Positions 51,701 to 59,510 of a stretch of DNA of 64,000 bases are shown piece by piece. The notes beneath the pieces are model-generated. The model did not search any database. It saw nothing but the letters and a program-made list of their open reading frames with translations, and was not told the origin of the DNA. Every line of letters begins with the position of its first letter. Position 1 is the stretch's first letter. A program made the position numbers and the translations under genes. The stretch is from Candidatus Thorarchaeota archaeon. Its GTDB lineage: Archaea > Asgardarchaeota > Thorarchaeia > Thorarchaeales > Thorarchaeaceae. The stretch is taken from positions 128,001 to 192,000 of the forward strand of contig RDOC01000001.1 in the NCBI GenBank assembly GCA_011364985.1. Reading direction: 5' to 3'.

Positions 51701-52484
51701 GAACTCCGGAGACTCCGATAGGGATCAGGTCCCTGACTATACCGAAGTTGTAACCTATGCCGAGTATAACATGAATCCCTGGCAGGCAGATTCTGACAGC
51801 GACGGGCTGAGCGACAGCCTTGAACTCTACACAATAGGCACGAACCCCGGTCTGAATGACACAGACGCGGATGGACTTGACGACTATGCAGAATACTACA
51901 CCTACAAAACCTCCCCGTTGGCTCCTGATACAGACCAAGATGGCTGGACGGACTATGAAGAAGTCACCATCTACGGGACCGACCCGCTAAAGGTCGACAC
52001 GGATGCAGACGGTCTCATGGACTCAATGGATTTCAATCCGCGGCTCCACTGGGTCGTGCCAATCATCGTTCTACTATTCGTTGGCGGCATCACCGCAGTA
52101 GTCTATAAACGCGTACGTAGAACTACACGCAGAGAGGAGTACATCACAAAGGCAGAGCCTGCAAGCCTCGGTCTTGAGAAGGGGATGGACATCGCGGTGG
52201 AGTACAAGATACGCGAAGGCAAGGTGGTCTTTGGCGTGGCGATACGGAATAACTCTGCGAACCCCATGAGCAATGTGCAGGTGGTGCTTGGTATACCCGA
52301 ACTGACAGATACCATCCAGAGCAAGAGCGCAGGTTCTGTTGAGCCCGGCGATAGTGCAGTGGTAGAGATCGCCTTCGAATTGCAGCCCGGCGCCGAGGGC
52401 GAGCTAGTAGGCATGGTGGAATATGACTCCGTCGAGGGTGAGCACCGTATAGTGAACCTAAAGCCCGTCAGGATTGTAGCATAG
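45705..52484 (+). CDS. Giant single-pass surface protein: FG-GAP-like beta-propeller, thrombospondin type 3-like Ca-binding repeats, TM, cytoplasmic Ig-like domain
   Basis: Signal peptide from GTG 45705; D.D.DG..E...G blades; dozens of DxDxDxLxDxxE....TDP repeats; TM WVVPIIVLLFVGGITAVVY followed by KRVRR; beta-sandwich tail. Confidence 0.88.
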   Translation: MKRNRILLVLLCACVLIGLQALIGDPTGQSVAIIQDRSSAVVAEIAPFDTAIVWSNDTGGQVAGIAIANFDGDNYDEMAVVTQAGVLQLYDHTGNRLWSRDLMTPANDIATLDRNADGEMEIVVGTDDGFMVMTASQTVLANIALPNPVQAVDSGDLDLDTFDEVFIGCDDNHLYAYEANGTYIWEFASNGPITQVLAADVDLDSGAEVLVGSSAGKFALVETTGAVTFSVDKAYAITGVAAGNLLSGGNLEVAFGTAGGEIAVYRSAGTPEYGIYHDDAVTALHIGQLVSGGFDEMAFGTAGNELHVYNGTGSMQWNKTLAGQVNSIRFANVGGLPNNQLISGTGAGTLNVYNATGYRVVQTTLDTFQGVIAIGDIDTNGNSEYAAGTNNGIINVYGRDLDGDDLADARETLIDLTNPAEPDSDYDNLDDGEEVLQYGTDPNSDDSDSDKLKDFSEVHTYGTDPNDADSDDDLLTDWQEIYLGTDPNDEDSDGDDLTDFEENNVTLTDPLDSDTNNNDINDGADDNDGDGLTNLQEVRLTLTDPNDVNTDGDALSDYYDDEDADSLANWKEIQVGADPLDPDSDDDLLLDGAEVKIWKSSPTNPDTDGDDLTDYEEVMIVGSNPTKADTDEDTLSDYEEYVTYGTNVTNADSDYDDLEDADEINEYFTDPLDWDSDGDTLSDGDEVNVYGTDPNSVDTDLDTLSDDYEITQGTNPKKADTDGDTINDALELLTYFTNATNVDTDGDLIRDNDEIKYLAFGFDPTDSTSWGQPESDYDYDADGDLLTNGQEIYLTRTHPGRIDSDLDGTNDNLEDADLDDINNYDEINVTDTDPRNPDTDGDEVKDGDEYLILGTDPNDEDTNDNSINDYDEDPDEDNLSNGVELYITDTDPLDATTHGTTPDDEYDGDGDFLPNWFEVFRTGTDPLYNDTNDNGIFDWEEDPDNDDLTNLQEYEVWRDFGYECDPLDADSDNDQLTDGEEVLYTLTDPSDNDDDDDTILDGQDDQDNDGLTNIEELRIYNTNATNWDTDGDMIRDGLEIQIGLNATNFDTDGDGIYDGWFDEDGDGIYDPEELGEDVDADGIVDPEETDPNNADSDGDELDDYEEYLVGTNPLKPDSDEDLLLDGQEVLHFGTNPLSNDTDGDLLDDYIEVNVTLTDPTNMWFNGTHTDYQIDSDNDMLSNGDEIYIYDTSPGDFDSDDDLIGDGEEILVYGSDPLKWDSDGDLLSDYDEIMRYGTNPAAQDSDADQVDDYSEIVILGTDPNLWSTAGNGTSDYDRDEDGDGLSNGLELYGYHSNATSSDTDGDELEDGIEVYLAGSSPTDKDTDDDGVSDYLEYMVYHTDASGSDSDSDDLTDYYEIYVSLTSPTDWDSDDDQLSDGDEVNEYGTDPKAADSDNDQLNDRRELFEVGTDPLLNDTDGDTLSDYEEWVIYGTDPLVADADEDGLNDAEEIENGTDPENEDSDFDSLSDYDEVNIYETSPINADTDFDNLADSDEIFNSKTDPNRADTDGDSIPDDLDDKDADGISNFDEIYVYETNCTLFDTDGDMLGDGYEIAQNPWVTDPNEVDTDDDLLSDWDEIFMWSSNPTRKDTDGDLLQDGEEVLTWHTDPNLDDTDADMVNDYDEIKVFETNALDPDSDDDNLSDGYELFVYNTDPLNEDTDNDRLLDDEEEFYGTDPRVEDTDEDELTDYEEVYLTGTDPTLYSTEGDGISDADRDGDNDMLTNSQEIRLTKTNPASNDTDADGKIDGLDDEDRDLLTNYEECVITETDPRDRDSDDDGVSDLNDDQDGDGLTNGDEVHIYLTDPLRRDTDGDKLSDREEVEDYGTDPLVKDTDMDEIEDYEEINTYHTNATYFDTDYDLLSDWIEIFLTETDPTNMWYNATHTDYEIDSDGDFLSNGAEIYNYATSPGDPDSDNDNLLDGEEIALGTDPLEEDSDLDNLIDGLEVHVYQTDPLSEDTDEDQINDYDEVRIYFTNPNVEDTDQDNLSDYDEIFVYFTDPNSGDSDRDQVPDYTEVVTYAEYNMNPWQADSDSDGLSDSLELYTIGTNPGLNDTDADGLDDYAEYYTYKTSPLAPDTDQDGWTDYEEVTIYGTDPLKVDTDADGLMDSMDFNPRLHWVVPIIVLLFVGGITAVVYKRVRRTTRREEYITKAEPASLGLEKGMDIAVEYKIREGKVVFGVAIRNNSANPMSNVQVVLGIPELTDTIQSKSAGSVEPGDSAVVEIAFELQPGAEGELVGMVEYDSVEGEHRIVNLKPVRIVA
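46890..52040 (+). repeat. Coding tandem array of ~22-23-aa acidic TSP3-like repeats
   Basis: Recurrent DTDGD.LSD.EE....GTDP units over about 1700 aa, diverged at DNA level. Confidence 0.9.
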
Positions 52485-52770
52485 AAGAACGGATATGGTC
52501 AGCAATCTCCACCACGTAGCAGTCTACATCAAGTGCAAGACAAACGAAGTCACCCATCTCTTAATGTTCTGACACCTCGCCTAGGGATTAAGGAGATTCC
52601 ATCTTGTCTTCGAGTCACAGTCATGTGCCTTGGATATCTACAACTATGATGCACACTGTTATAACGGCGAGTCTGCTCGGCCAGAGCAGATTGGGAGAAG
52701 ATCAGGGTTCTATTGATACAAAGAGCCAACACTCATCCATTGCTGTCCACAGATGTTCGATTAGCCTTAC

Positions 52771-53583
52771 TTGGAGGCTCCATTATTGAATAAGAAACTA
52801 ATCATCCTTGGTTCAGGAGGACCGTTCACACTTCCTCGATTCTTCTGTGAGTGTGATACCTGTGAAACAGCCCGCAGAGAACCCGCACTGAGAAGAACAA
52901 GAGCTTCTGCAGCTATCTTGGGTGACGAGGTGACACTCATTGATGCAGGACCTGACCTAGAAATGCAGCTTGAGCGCGAAAGCATCAGAAGGATTGACAA
53001 TATTCTCATCACTCACTGGCACTATGATCATGTGGCAGGTCTTGGAGCGATCAACTATCCACAGGTCATGCGCGAATGGAAACCGATAGATGTCTATGTG
53101 GAGAAGAGCTTGATATCCCATTTTGCCAAAGAACTCATATATCTGGAAGACAGAGTCACGCTTCATTCGATATCTCCAGGCGATACGATAGCACTTCCCG
53201 ATGCAACCATCGAGGTGGTTAAGACCGCCCACACAGAAGATAGTGTAGGATACATTTTCAACTCCAAGTCGAGAATTGCATACCTTGTCGATACCGCGCT
53301 ACCGTCTGATGAAACCGCTCGAAGTATCAGTGATGCAGACACGTTAATCCTTGATGCCATGTTTGATTCTGCAGACATCGAATGGAGGCATTTCACTGTC
53401 CACGGAGCCATTGACTTCTGGAAAAGCAGTGGTCCTGAGAGATGCATTCTGACGCATCTTGCATGCCATAAATGGGCAAACTGGCACTGGATTGCGGGGT
53501 TCACATGCAAGGAGAGGCTACAAATAGAAAGACAGAATCCCGGACTCCAATTTGCTTATGATGGATTGGAAATCTCTCTATGA
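52771..53583 (+). CDS. MBL-fold metallohydrolase (PhnP-like)
   Basis: LGSG, CECDTC, LIDAGPD, THWHYDH, H, YLVD, LTH. Confidence 0.9.
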   Translation: MEAPLLNKKLIILGSGGPFTLPRFFCECDTCETARREPALRRTRASAAILGDEVTLIDAGPDLEMQLERESIRRIDNILITHWHYDHVAGLGAINYPQVMREWKPIDVYVEKSLISHFAKELIYLEDRVTLHSISPGDTIALPDATIEVVKTAHTEDSVGYIFNSKSRIAYLVDTALPSDETARSISDADTLILDAMFDSADIEWRHFTVHGAIDFWKSSGPERCILTHLACHKWANWHWIAGFTCKERLQIERQNPGLQFAYDGLEISL

Positions 53584-53891
53584 GCTAGAAGACTATCTCA
53601 CTCTCTTCACAGGAGCAACGTCGAACCATTCGGAACAAACACTAACCATACTTCATCTCTGGAACAGATTGCCATTGCATTTTTGATGGTCGGTGTCATC
53701 TTTGGAAGGATAATTGGCATTTATGGCGGATTCAAGTCCTACCATAAAGAGGCATATCCCTATCTGGCAGTCTTGTGTCTCATTCCGGTCATTGTAGTGT
53801 CGTTCTAGTATCTCCTTCGATGAGAGGAATCAGTATCCGATGAAGTAAGAGATTCAACACTCATAAGGAGGAACTTCCTTAGTTCTAGGTC

Positions 53892-54605
53892 ATGTCATTC
53901 ATTCTCTTTGTCACGCTATTCTGGGTCTTTGCAGTCATTGCCATTCTCCTTAGAGCCATACCCAAGTTCGAGATTAGAACCCCGATCGGCGCATCAATCA
54001 AGGCAATTCCGGGAGTCTTGGCTGTTGTCTTCATTCTGCGGATGCAACCTGATCCGGTCTTCTTCTATTCGATTCTGGCCATTGCCTTGTTCTTTTGCGC
54101 GTGCGGAGACTTCAGCATCGAGTTCAAGCTCATTGCAGGACTTGGTTGTTTCCTCATATCACATATCTTCTATGTCATAAACTTCCTTCTGCTTAGTATC
54201 ACAATTGGACTAACTCCTATTCCGATCCTAGCCTTCGTCATCTGCTTGGCGGCATTGATGGTCTACATATTCTTCTATCACAGATATCTCAAAACTTCTG
54301 AGACAGAAATCCCCAGACCTATGCTTCGAGCAGTGGACTTCTATGCCTTCATGATCTCTCTAACACTCAGTGCATCGCTTCTCTTGTGGCTATCTTCAGA
54401 GCTAATCAACGGCGCCTATGTATTCCTTGGAGCGCTGTTTTTCGTGATATCGGACTCGATGATCGGAATCAGGGAATTTCATCACCAGTCTGCACGACAG
54501 GAAATCCAAGAACTGCTGATTCTGGTGACCTATTACCTGGCAATCTTCTTGCTGGCTGTTGGAACATTCCAGAGCATCCATGCAACCATTTTCACAATGC
54601 CATAG
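53892..54605 (+). CDS. Lysoplasmalogenase / YhhN family membrane protein
   Basis: KAIP, ACGDF, GLGCFLISHIFY, GALFFVISDS, TYYLA. Confidence 0.88.
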   Translation: MSFILFVTLFWVFAVIAILLRAIPKFEIRTPIGASIKAIPGVLAVVFILRMQPDPVFFYSILAIALFFCACGDFSIEFKLIAGLGCFLISHIFYVINFLLLSITIGLTPIPILAFVICLAALMVYIFFYHRYLKTSETEIPRPMLRAVDFYAFMISLTLSASLLLWLSSELINGAYVFLGALFFVISDSMIGIREFHHQSARQEIQELLILVTYYLAIFLLAVGTFQSIHATIFTMP

Positions 54606-54616
54606 ACTCTGATACT

Positions 54617-55141
54617 TCAACTGCTACCCGGACAAAGCATGGTGACATGGGTATTGATATCTTGTAGCTGTGCCCCGGGTGATACGAAATCGAAAGTGGT
54701 CATTAGGTTGCTCAGGCCGTCATGAGCTTTTCTCAGCAGGTCGCCTTGAAGAACGCCTAACTCAGCGGAGCTCTCAATCGTGTTTCTCAAGCTAAGGAGA
54801 GTAAAGGCGGATTTTCGCTGTTTCTCCAGCGCCTCTATATCCTCTCGAATCATCTTCTGGATGTATGGTGGAATCGCGTTTACTGCATTGATGACAGCGA
54901 CAAGAATCTGGTCAGTAAGAAAGATGAGATAGGTGGAAATGATTGCTACCATCAACGGGAGAAGGATGATTATGAATTCTAGCCAGCGTTGCTGCTTCTT
55001 CTTCCTTGCCAAGAGTCCCTTATCCTGCTCAAAAGAATCGCCCATGAAGTTGGCAATCGTATCAATTCGCCCTTCATAATCTCTGGCTAGATTCTTCTGG
55101 CAGCTAGATGAGAGATCATTCAGGTCGACTGGCATTATCAA
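54617..55141 (-). CDS. Hypothetical membrane-anchored helical protein
   Basis: Open 174-aa frame with hydrophobic hairpin and coiled-coil-like flanks; overlaps the stop of the upstream small ORF. Confidence 0.6.
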   Translation of the reverse strand: MIMPVDLNDLSSSCQKNLARDYEGRIDTIANFMGDSFEQDKGLLARKKKQQRWLEFIIILLPLMVAIISTYLIFLTDQILVAVINAVNAIPPYIQKMIREDIEALEKQRKSAFTLLSLRNTIESSAELGVLQGDLLRKAHDGLSNLMTTFDFVSPGAQLQDINTHVTMLCPGSS

Positions 55142-55290
55142 TCATCCCCCCTGTCATCATCCGTAGGTTTCTTCTTGCGTACTTTGATTTCCATCTGCCT
55201 TACAAAGTCGCGATCATCAACAATCTCGTCGATTTCGACAAGAGCTTTCTCGAGCCGCTCCTTTTGTTTCTTCTTTTCATCTTCAGACAA
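55138..55290 (-). CDS. Small charged 50-aa protein (absent from the ORF track)
   Basis: TTG start behind GGAGG; MSEDEKKKQKERLEKALVEIDEIVDDRDFVRQMEIKVRKKKPTDDDRGDD*; stop overlaps next start. Confidence 0.6.
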   Translation of the reverse strand: MSEDEKKKQKERLEKALVEIDEIVDDRDFVRQMEIKVRKKKPTDDDRGDD

Positions 55291-55431
55291 TGGGGCCCCT
55301 CCAAATGATACTTCTATCAGCGCAAGCTAATCCTAATATTAAGTTATTTCTTCATCAGAAGGCGATATGTTGCCAAGGTTGATAAGATATTAGGTAGATG
55401 AGGAGCTTAAGACTCAAGGGGAAATCCTAGC

Positions 55432-56694
55432 ATGAATCCTGACCAGCTCTTGAGCGAACTCGAAGCAAAACTCAAAGTAGTTGGGATTAAGGAGATTATT
55501 GAGCCAGAGCTTGTCAGACCGGCAAGGCATCAGAGCAGAAACCGAAGAGCTATCACTTCTCTTGAGCCCGAATTGCAGAATGCATTGGAAGCCCTGAAAC
55601 ACGATGAGAGACTGCCAATAGTCCTGTTCAAGATGGCTAATCTTCACCTTCTGGAAGGAAGTTTTGCTAAGGCAATAATGCTCTACGAGATTACCCTTGG
55701 AATGGATAGCAGGCAAATTCCTGCATGGGTTAACATGGGTCTTGCATATCTCCTATCAAATGAATACAAGGATGCGGCAAGTTGTTTCGGAAGTGCCCTT
55801 GCATTAGACAATGAAAATGTGGTTGCCTTGGTTCATATGTCAGTGGCTCAATGTGAGCTAGGGAGTTCTGATGCTTGCCAGAAACATCTGGACCTTGCGT
55901 TGAAAGTAGACCCAAACAGCGCGAGAGCTCGACATGGAAAGGGAATGTACCTAAAACGTCAAGGAATCTTGGAAGGGGCCCTCAATTGGTTTGCCAAGGC
56001 ACTTGAAGTCGATGAGTTCTTTGTCCCTTCCCTGATGGAGCTCGGAAGAGTCCATCTGGAACTCGGACAGCACGAAAAAGCAGTGGATGACCTCAAGAAG
56101 GTCCTTCGAGTGGATCCAAACCAAGCATATGCATATGCTATTCTTGGAGATGTTTTCTACGAACTCAAGGACTACAATCAATGCCTCTTCTATTACGATA
56201 GAGCCGTTGCAATAAAATTCGACGACCCTGCGCTCTGGATTAGGAAGGGGGACATTCACAAACTACTGAAGTCATACAAGCAGGCACATGACGCATATCA
56301 AAAGGCAATTAATGCGGATCCAGAACACGTGGAAGCTTGGGCAAGAAGTGGAGAGAACCTCCTGTGGATGAATGACCAAGATGTTGCTCTTGAGTACTTC
56401 AATACAGCTCTAGCTCTAGCACCAGATGATGCAGATGTAGCGCACAAAAGGGGTCTTGTATATTATGGAATGCAGAGATACGATGAGGCCCTGGCCGATT
56501 TCGATATTGCATTCTCTGTTGAGCCAGACAACCCAGAACATCTATACCACAGGGCATTCTGTTTGGAACATCTTGAAAGATATGCTGAGGCAAAACGCAC
56601 TTGGCAGGTTGCCAAGGCACTCTACGACGAGGAAGGTAATGATATCCGGTCTGCAGAGTGCAATGCAAGAATGAAGAGACTCTCAAGTTCATAA
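55432..56694 (+). CDS. Tetratricopeptide repeat protein
   Basis: About ten 34-aa repeats of type AW...G......Y..A...F..AL..DP. Confidence 0.93.
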   Translation: MNPDQLLSELEAKLKVVGIKEIIEPELVRPARHQSRNRRAITSLEPELQNALEALKHDERLPIVLFKMANLHLLEGSFAKAIMLYEITLGMDSRQIPAWVNMGLAYLLSNEYKDAASCFGSALALDNENVVALVHMSVAQCELGSSDACQKHLDLALKVDPNSARARHGKGMYLKRQGILEGALNWFAKALEVDEFFVPSLMELGRVHLELGQHEKAVDDLKKVLRVDPNQAYAYAILGDVFYELKDYNQCLFYYDRAVAIKFDDPALWIRKGDIHKLLKSYKQAHDAYQKAINADPEHVEAWARSGENLLWMNDQDVALEYFNTALALAPDDADVAHKRGLVYYGMQRYDEALADFDIAFSVEPDNPEHLYHRAFCLEHLERYAEAKRTWQVAKALYDEEGNDIRSAECNARMKRLSSS

Positions 56695-56773
56695 GGAGAC
56701 TCCTACTGGGTGTGTCCTACATAGAATAAGAATAAATACAAAGAGAAATTACATCTCTCGCAATTCCAAAACG

Positions 56774-57826
56774 TTGTGCAGGTTGCCCTGGCAGAATATG
56801 AAGGATAACCCAGAGAATAGCCACATTGTCAAATCCAATTCAGGAGATGATACAAGGAAAGCGATTCCCAAGGCGAGATGGAAAGACCTTGTTGGATCGT
56901 CCACCTTTCTGGAATCGCGAAACCTCGCACCAAAGGTGGGAGTGGAGAAGCTCTTTCTCAAATTTGAAGGAGGAAATCCGACTGGCACTCAGAAAGACAG
57001 AATTGCTCTGGCATTAGCTGAGGATGCTTGGAAGAAAGGCACAGCTGCTATTGTTACCGCTACATGCGGGAATTACGGAGCTGCACTTGCATATGCGGCA
57101 AAACTATGGCAGTTGCCGGCGCACATCTATATACCCAAGGAATATCACGTTCCAAAGGATAGGATGAAACGAATACAGGAATCGGGTGCTGTACTCCATT
57201 TTGAGGAGGGACAATATGAGGATCTGGTTTATCTCTCAGGCCAGGTGTGCGACGAGAATAGATGGTACGATGCAAATGCTGGTGCAGAAGGAACAACAGA
57301 AATCGCACTTAATGCCTATGCAGAGATTGCCCTTGAGGTCTTTAGAGACATTAGAAGAGCCCCAGATTTTGTATTCTGCCCTGTTGGAAATGGTACTACA
57401 CTGGCTGGAATCTATCAAGGCTTCAAAAGCTTGGTAGCATCTGGAAAGACCATGAAGGTTCCTAGAATGGTTGCCACTAGTACTCGTCGGGGAAATGCCA
57501 TTGTGAAGTCCTACAAGATGAGAAGTAGACGGCTTATTGATTTGAGCAGAGAAGAGATCAAGGAGACTAAAATCAATGAACCGTTGACCAACTGGCATTC
57601 CTTTGACGGCCAAGAGGCCTTAGATGCCATCTATGAATCTGATGGATTTGCCGACTATGCATCCGAAGTGAAAATGGTCGAGTTCTCAAGGCTACTTCGC
57701 GAAGAAGAAGGACTGAACGTATTACCAGCAGCAGCCAGCACCCTGGCTGTCATGTCCGACCTCGCTGACAGCCGAGTAGTTGTGAAAGGAACTTTCTTGG
57801 CCATTCTCACAGGTAGAGACTTCTAA
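56774..57826 (+). CDS. PLP-dependent threonine synthase-like enzyme
   Basis: LKFEGGNPTGTQKDR, ATCGNYGAA, PVGNGTT, AILTG; start may be ATG 56798. Confidence 0.88.
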   Translation: MCRLPWQNMKDNPENSHIVKSNSGDDTRKAIPKARWKDLVGSSTFLESRNLAPKVGVEKLFLKFEGGNPTGTQKDRIALALAEDAWKKGTAAIVTATCGNYGAALAYAAKLWQLPAHIYIPKEYHVPKDRMKRIQESGAVLHFEEGQYEDLVYLSGQVCDENRWYDANAGAEGTTEIALNAYAEIALEVFRDIRRAPDFVFCPVGNGTTLAGIYQGFKSLVASGKTMKVPRMVATSTRRGNAIVKSYKMRSRRLIDLSREEIKETKINEPLTNWHSFDGQEALDAIYESDGFADYASEVKMVEFSRLLREEEGLNVLPAAASTLAVMSDLADSRVVVKGTFLAILTGRDF

Positions 57827-57836
57827 GATCATTGGG

Positions 57837-58382
57837 TTAAAGAACGAGCTTCATTGTAAGATTGCCTGAGTTCTCACGAGCCACTATACTGAATCCAAAA
57901 CCTTCATAGAATCGCTGGAGCTGGATGCCTTTTTCATCCTCCACTTCAGTATCAACAGAGATGACCAGAAAGTTCTCAGTTCGGGCCCAGTCTATCAAAG
58001 CCTCAATCATTCTTTTGCCAATTCCCTTTCTCTGTTGCTTCACTGCAATTGTATCTAGATGGAATGTCTTCACGTAAGTACTTGGCAATGTATATCCGAA
58101 GAGCACAGCCTCCGGTACCGAGTTTACAACTACATACATCAGGAGGTGTCCTGGAGCCTGGAGCCGCTCAAGGATTTCATCCTCTGAATATCTAAGGGAG
58201 GATCTGAAAGCCACACGTTCGAGGTCCATGAACCAATCGACATGATAGTCCTTGAGTTCTTGAGGGAAGAATATCTGTACCTCATCAGAGAATATCTCCG
58301 AAAGCTTCTCATTAAGGCTAAGCCAAATCGATTCATCGGGTTCAGGTTGATCCTTTAGATACATTCCTGATTCAGCTCCCAT
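57837..58382 (-). CDS. GNAT family N-acetyltransferase
   Basis: HLDTIAVKQQRKGIG, RFYEGFGF. Confidence 0.85.
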   Translation of the reverse strand: MGAESGMYLKDQPEPDESIWLSLNEKLSEIFSDEVQIFFPQELKDYHVDWFMDLERVAFRSSLRYSEDEILERLQAPGHLLMYVVVNSVPEAVLFGYTLPSTYVKTFHLDTIAVKQQRKGIGKRMIEALIDWARTENFLVISVDTEVEDEKGIQLQRFYEGFGFSIVARENSGNLTMKLVL

Positions 58383-58417
58383 TCTTTTTTTTCTAATCGA
58401 CCCAAATTATAGTTTAC

Positions 58418-59422
58418 TCATGAATCTATGCCATAACGACTTCTAGCTGATTCTATCAACCGATGAATCAACTGGTCATAAGTATACCCGCCCTTCATTG
58501 CCATGTAGGGATAGAAGGAGATATCCTTCTCCTCCAAATCGAAATCCATTCCAGGAAGAGGATTGATTTCAAGGAAAAAGATCTTTCCGCCATCATTCAT
58601 GCGATAATCGATTCTGGCAAAGTCGGGAATCTCAAGATGCCTGCATACATCAATTGTAATCTGTTCAATTTCCTCCTTCAGAAACTCGGGAATCTTGGCC
58701 GGGCAGACGTAGTGATCAAGATCCTCGTATATCGTCTTTGCCCTTTGACCATAGACCCCCATAACTTCTGGCGGAAATCCAGAGAAGTCAATCTCCAGAA
58801 TGGGTAGTACCTCTGGAGTTCCTCCAGGCACACCCAGTATTCCGACACTAAACTCCCGTCCTTCGATGAATTCTTCTATCAGAATCGACTGCTCATAAGA
58901 CTCTAGCATAGCTGTAAGCTTGACCCGAAGTCCGTCCCGATTCCTTACCACATTGTCCTCGTTTATTCCAACTGAAGACCCCTCCTCATTTGGCTTGAGA
59001 ATAACGGGAAACGTGAAGTCAAGGGATTCGGTTTCTTCGACGGTTCTACACACATGGAAAGCTGCTGTGCGAACGCCATGATATGCAAGTATCATCTTTG
59101 TCCAGGCCTTGTTGAGACATACTGCCGTGGTGAGAACGTTAGCACCTACATACGGAATGCCAAGCATCTCAAGAAGCGCAGGAATGTGAGACTCTCTGCT
59201 CTCGCCTCGTAGGCCTTCAGCCCTGTTAAACACCAGATCAGGTTTGACATCCTTGAGGTTTTCTATGACGTTCTCGTCAGCTTCGATGAATATGTAATTG
59301 TGCCCAGCCGCTTCAATGCCGTGTTTAATCATCTCGATTGTATGAGGTGGATCGTATTCAACTTCGAATTCGGATTCTCCAAGACGAGTATTTACTATCA
59401 GTGCAACTAGCATTTTTCGCAC
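58418..59422 (-). CDS. D-alanine--D-alanine ligase-like ATP-grasp protein
   Basis: DLVFNRAEG, LLEMLGIPYVG, LKPNEEGSSVGI, IEEFIEGREF, ARIDYR, LEINPLPG. Confidence 0.9.
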   Translation of the reverse strand: MRKMLVALIVNTRLGESEFEVEYDPPHTIEMIKHGIEAAGHNYIFIEADENVIENLKDVKPDLVFNRAEGLRGESRESHIPALLEMLGIPYVGANVLTTAVCLNKAWTKMILAYHGVRTAAFHVCRTVEETESLDFTFPVILKPNEEGSSVGINEDNVVRNRDGLRVKLTAMLESYEQSILIEEFIEGREFSVGILGVPGGTPEVLPILEIDFSGFPPEVMGVYGQRAKTIYEDLDHYVCPAKIPEFLKEEIEQITIDVCRHLEIPDFARIDYRMNDGGKIFFLEINPLPGMDFDLEEKDISFYPYMAMKGGYTYDQLIHRLIESARSRYGIDS

Positions 59423-59510
59423 AGTCTCAAAAATGTGTCTTTTCGGATTAAATATCCATCCAAATGCTTCATTTGTCGTCTAGCTCACGTATTTGACGCT
59501 ATTCCCGCAT

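Noticed and set aside
46890-52040. CRISPR array or non-coding tandem repeat
   Set aside because: Repeats are in-frame protein repeats with synonymous divergence and no fixed repeat-spacer structure
52500-52770. Possible decayed VOC/glyoxalase gene on the minus strand (..MGDFVCLALDVDCYVVEIA..)
   Set aside because: Similarity too short and interrupted by several stops
53670-53808. Hydrophobic open frame continuing after the MBL hydrolase stop (read-through?)
   Set aside because: The hydrolase ends normally at YDGLEISL; more likely a remnant of another membrane-protein gene
58418-59422. Calling the ATP-grasp gene ddl and inferring peptidoglycan synthesis
   Set aside because: No Mur ligases or other wall genes nearby; substrate unknown
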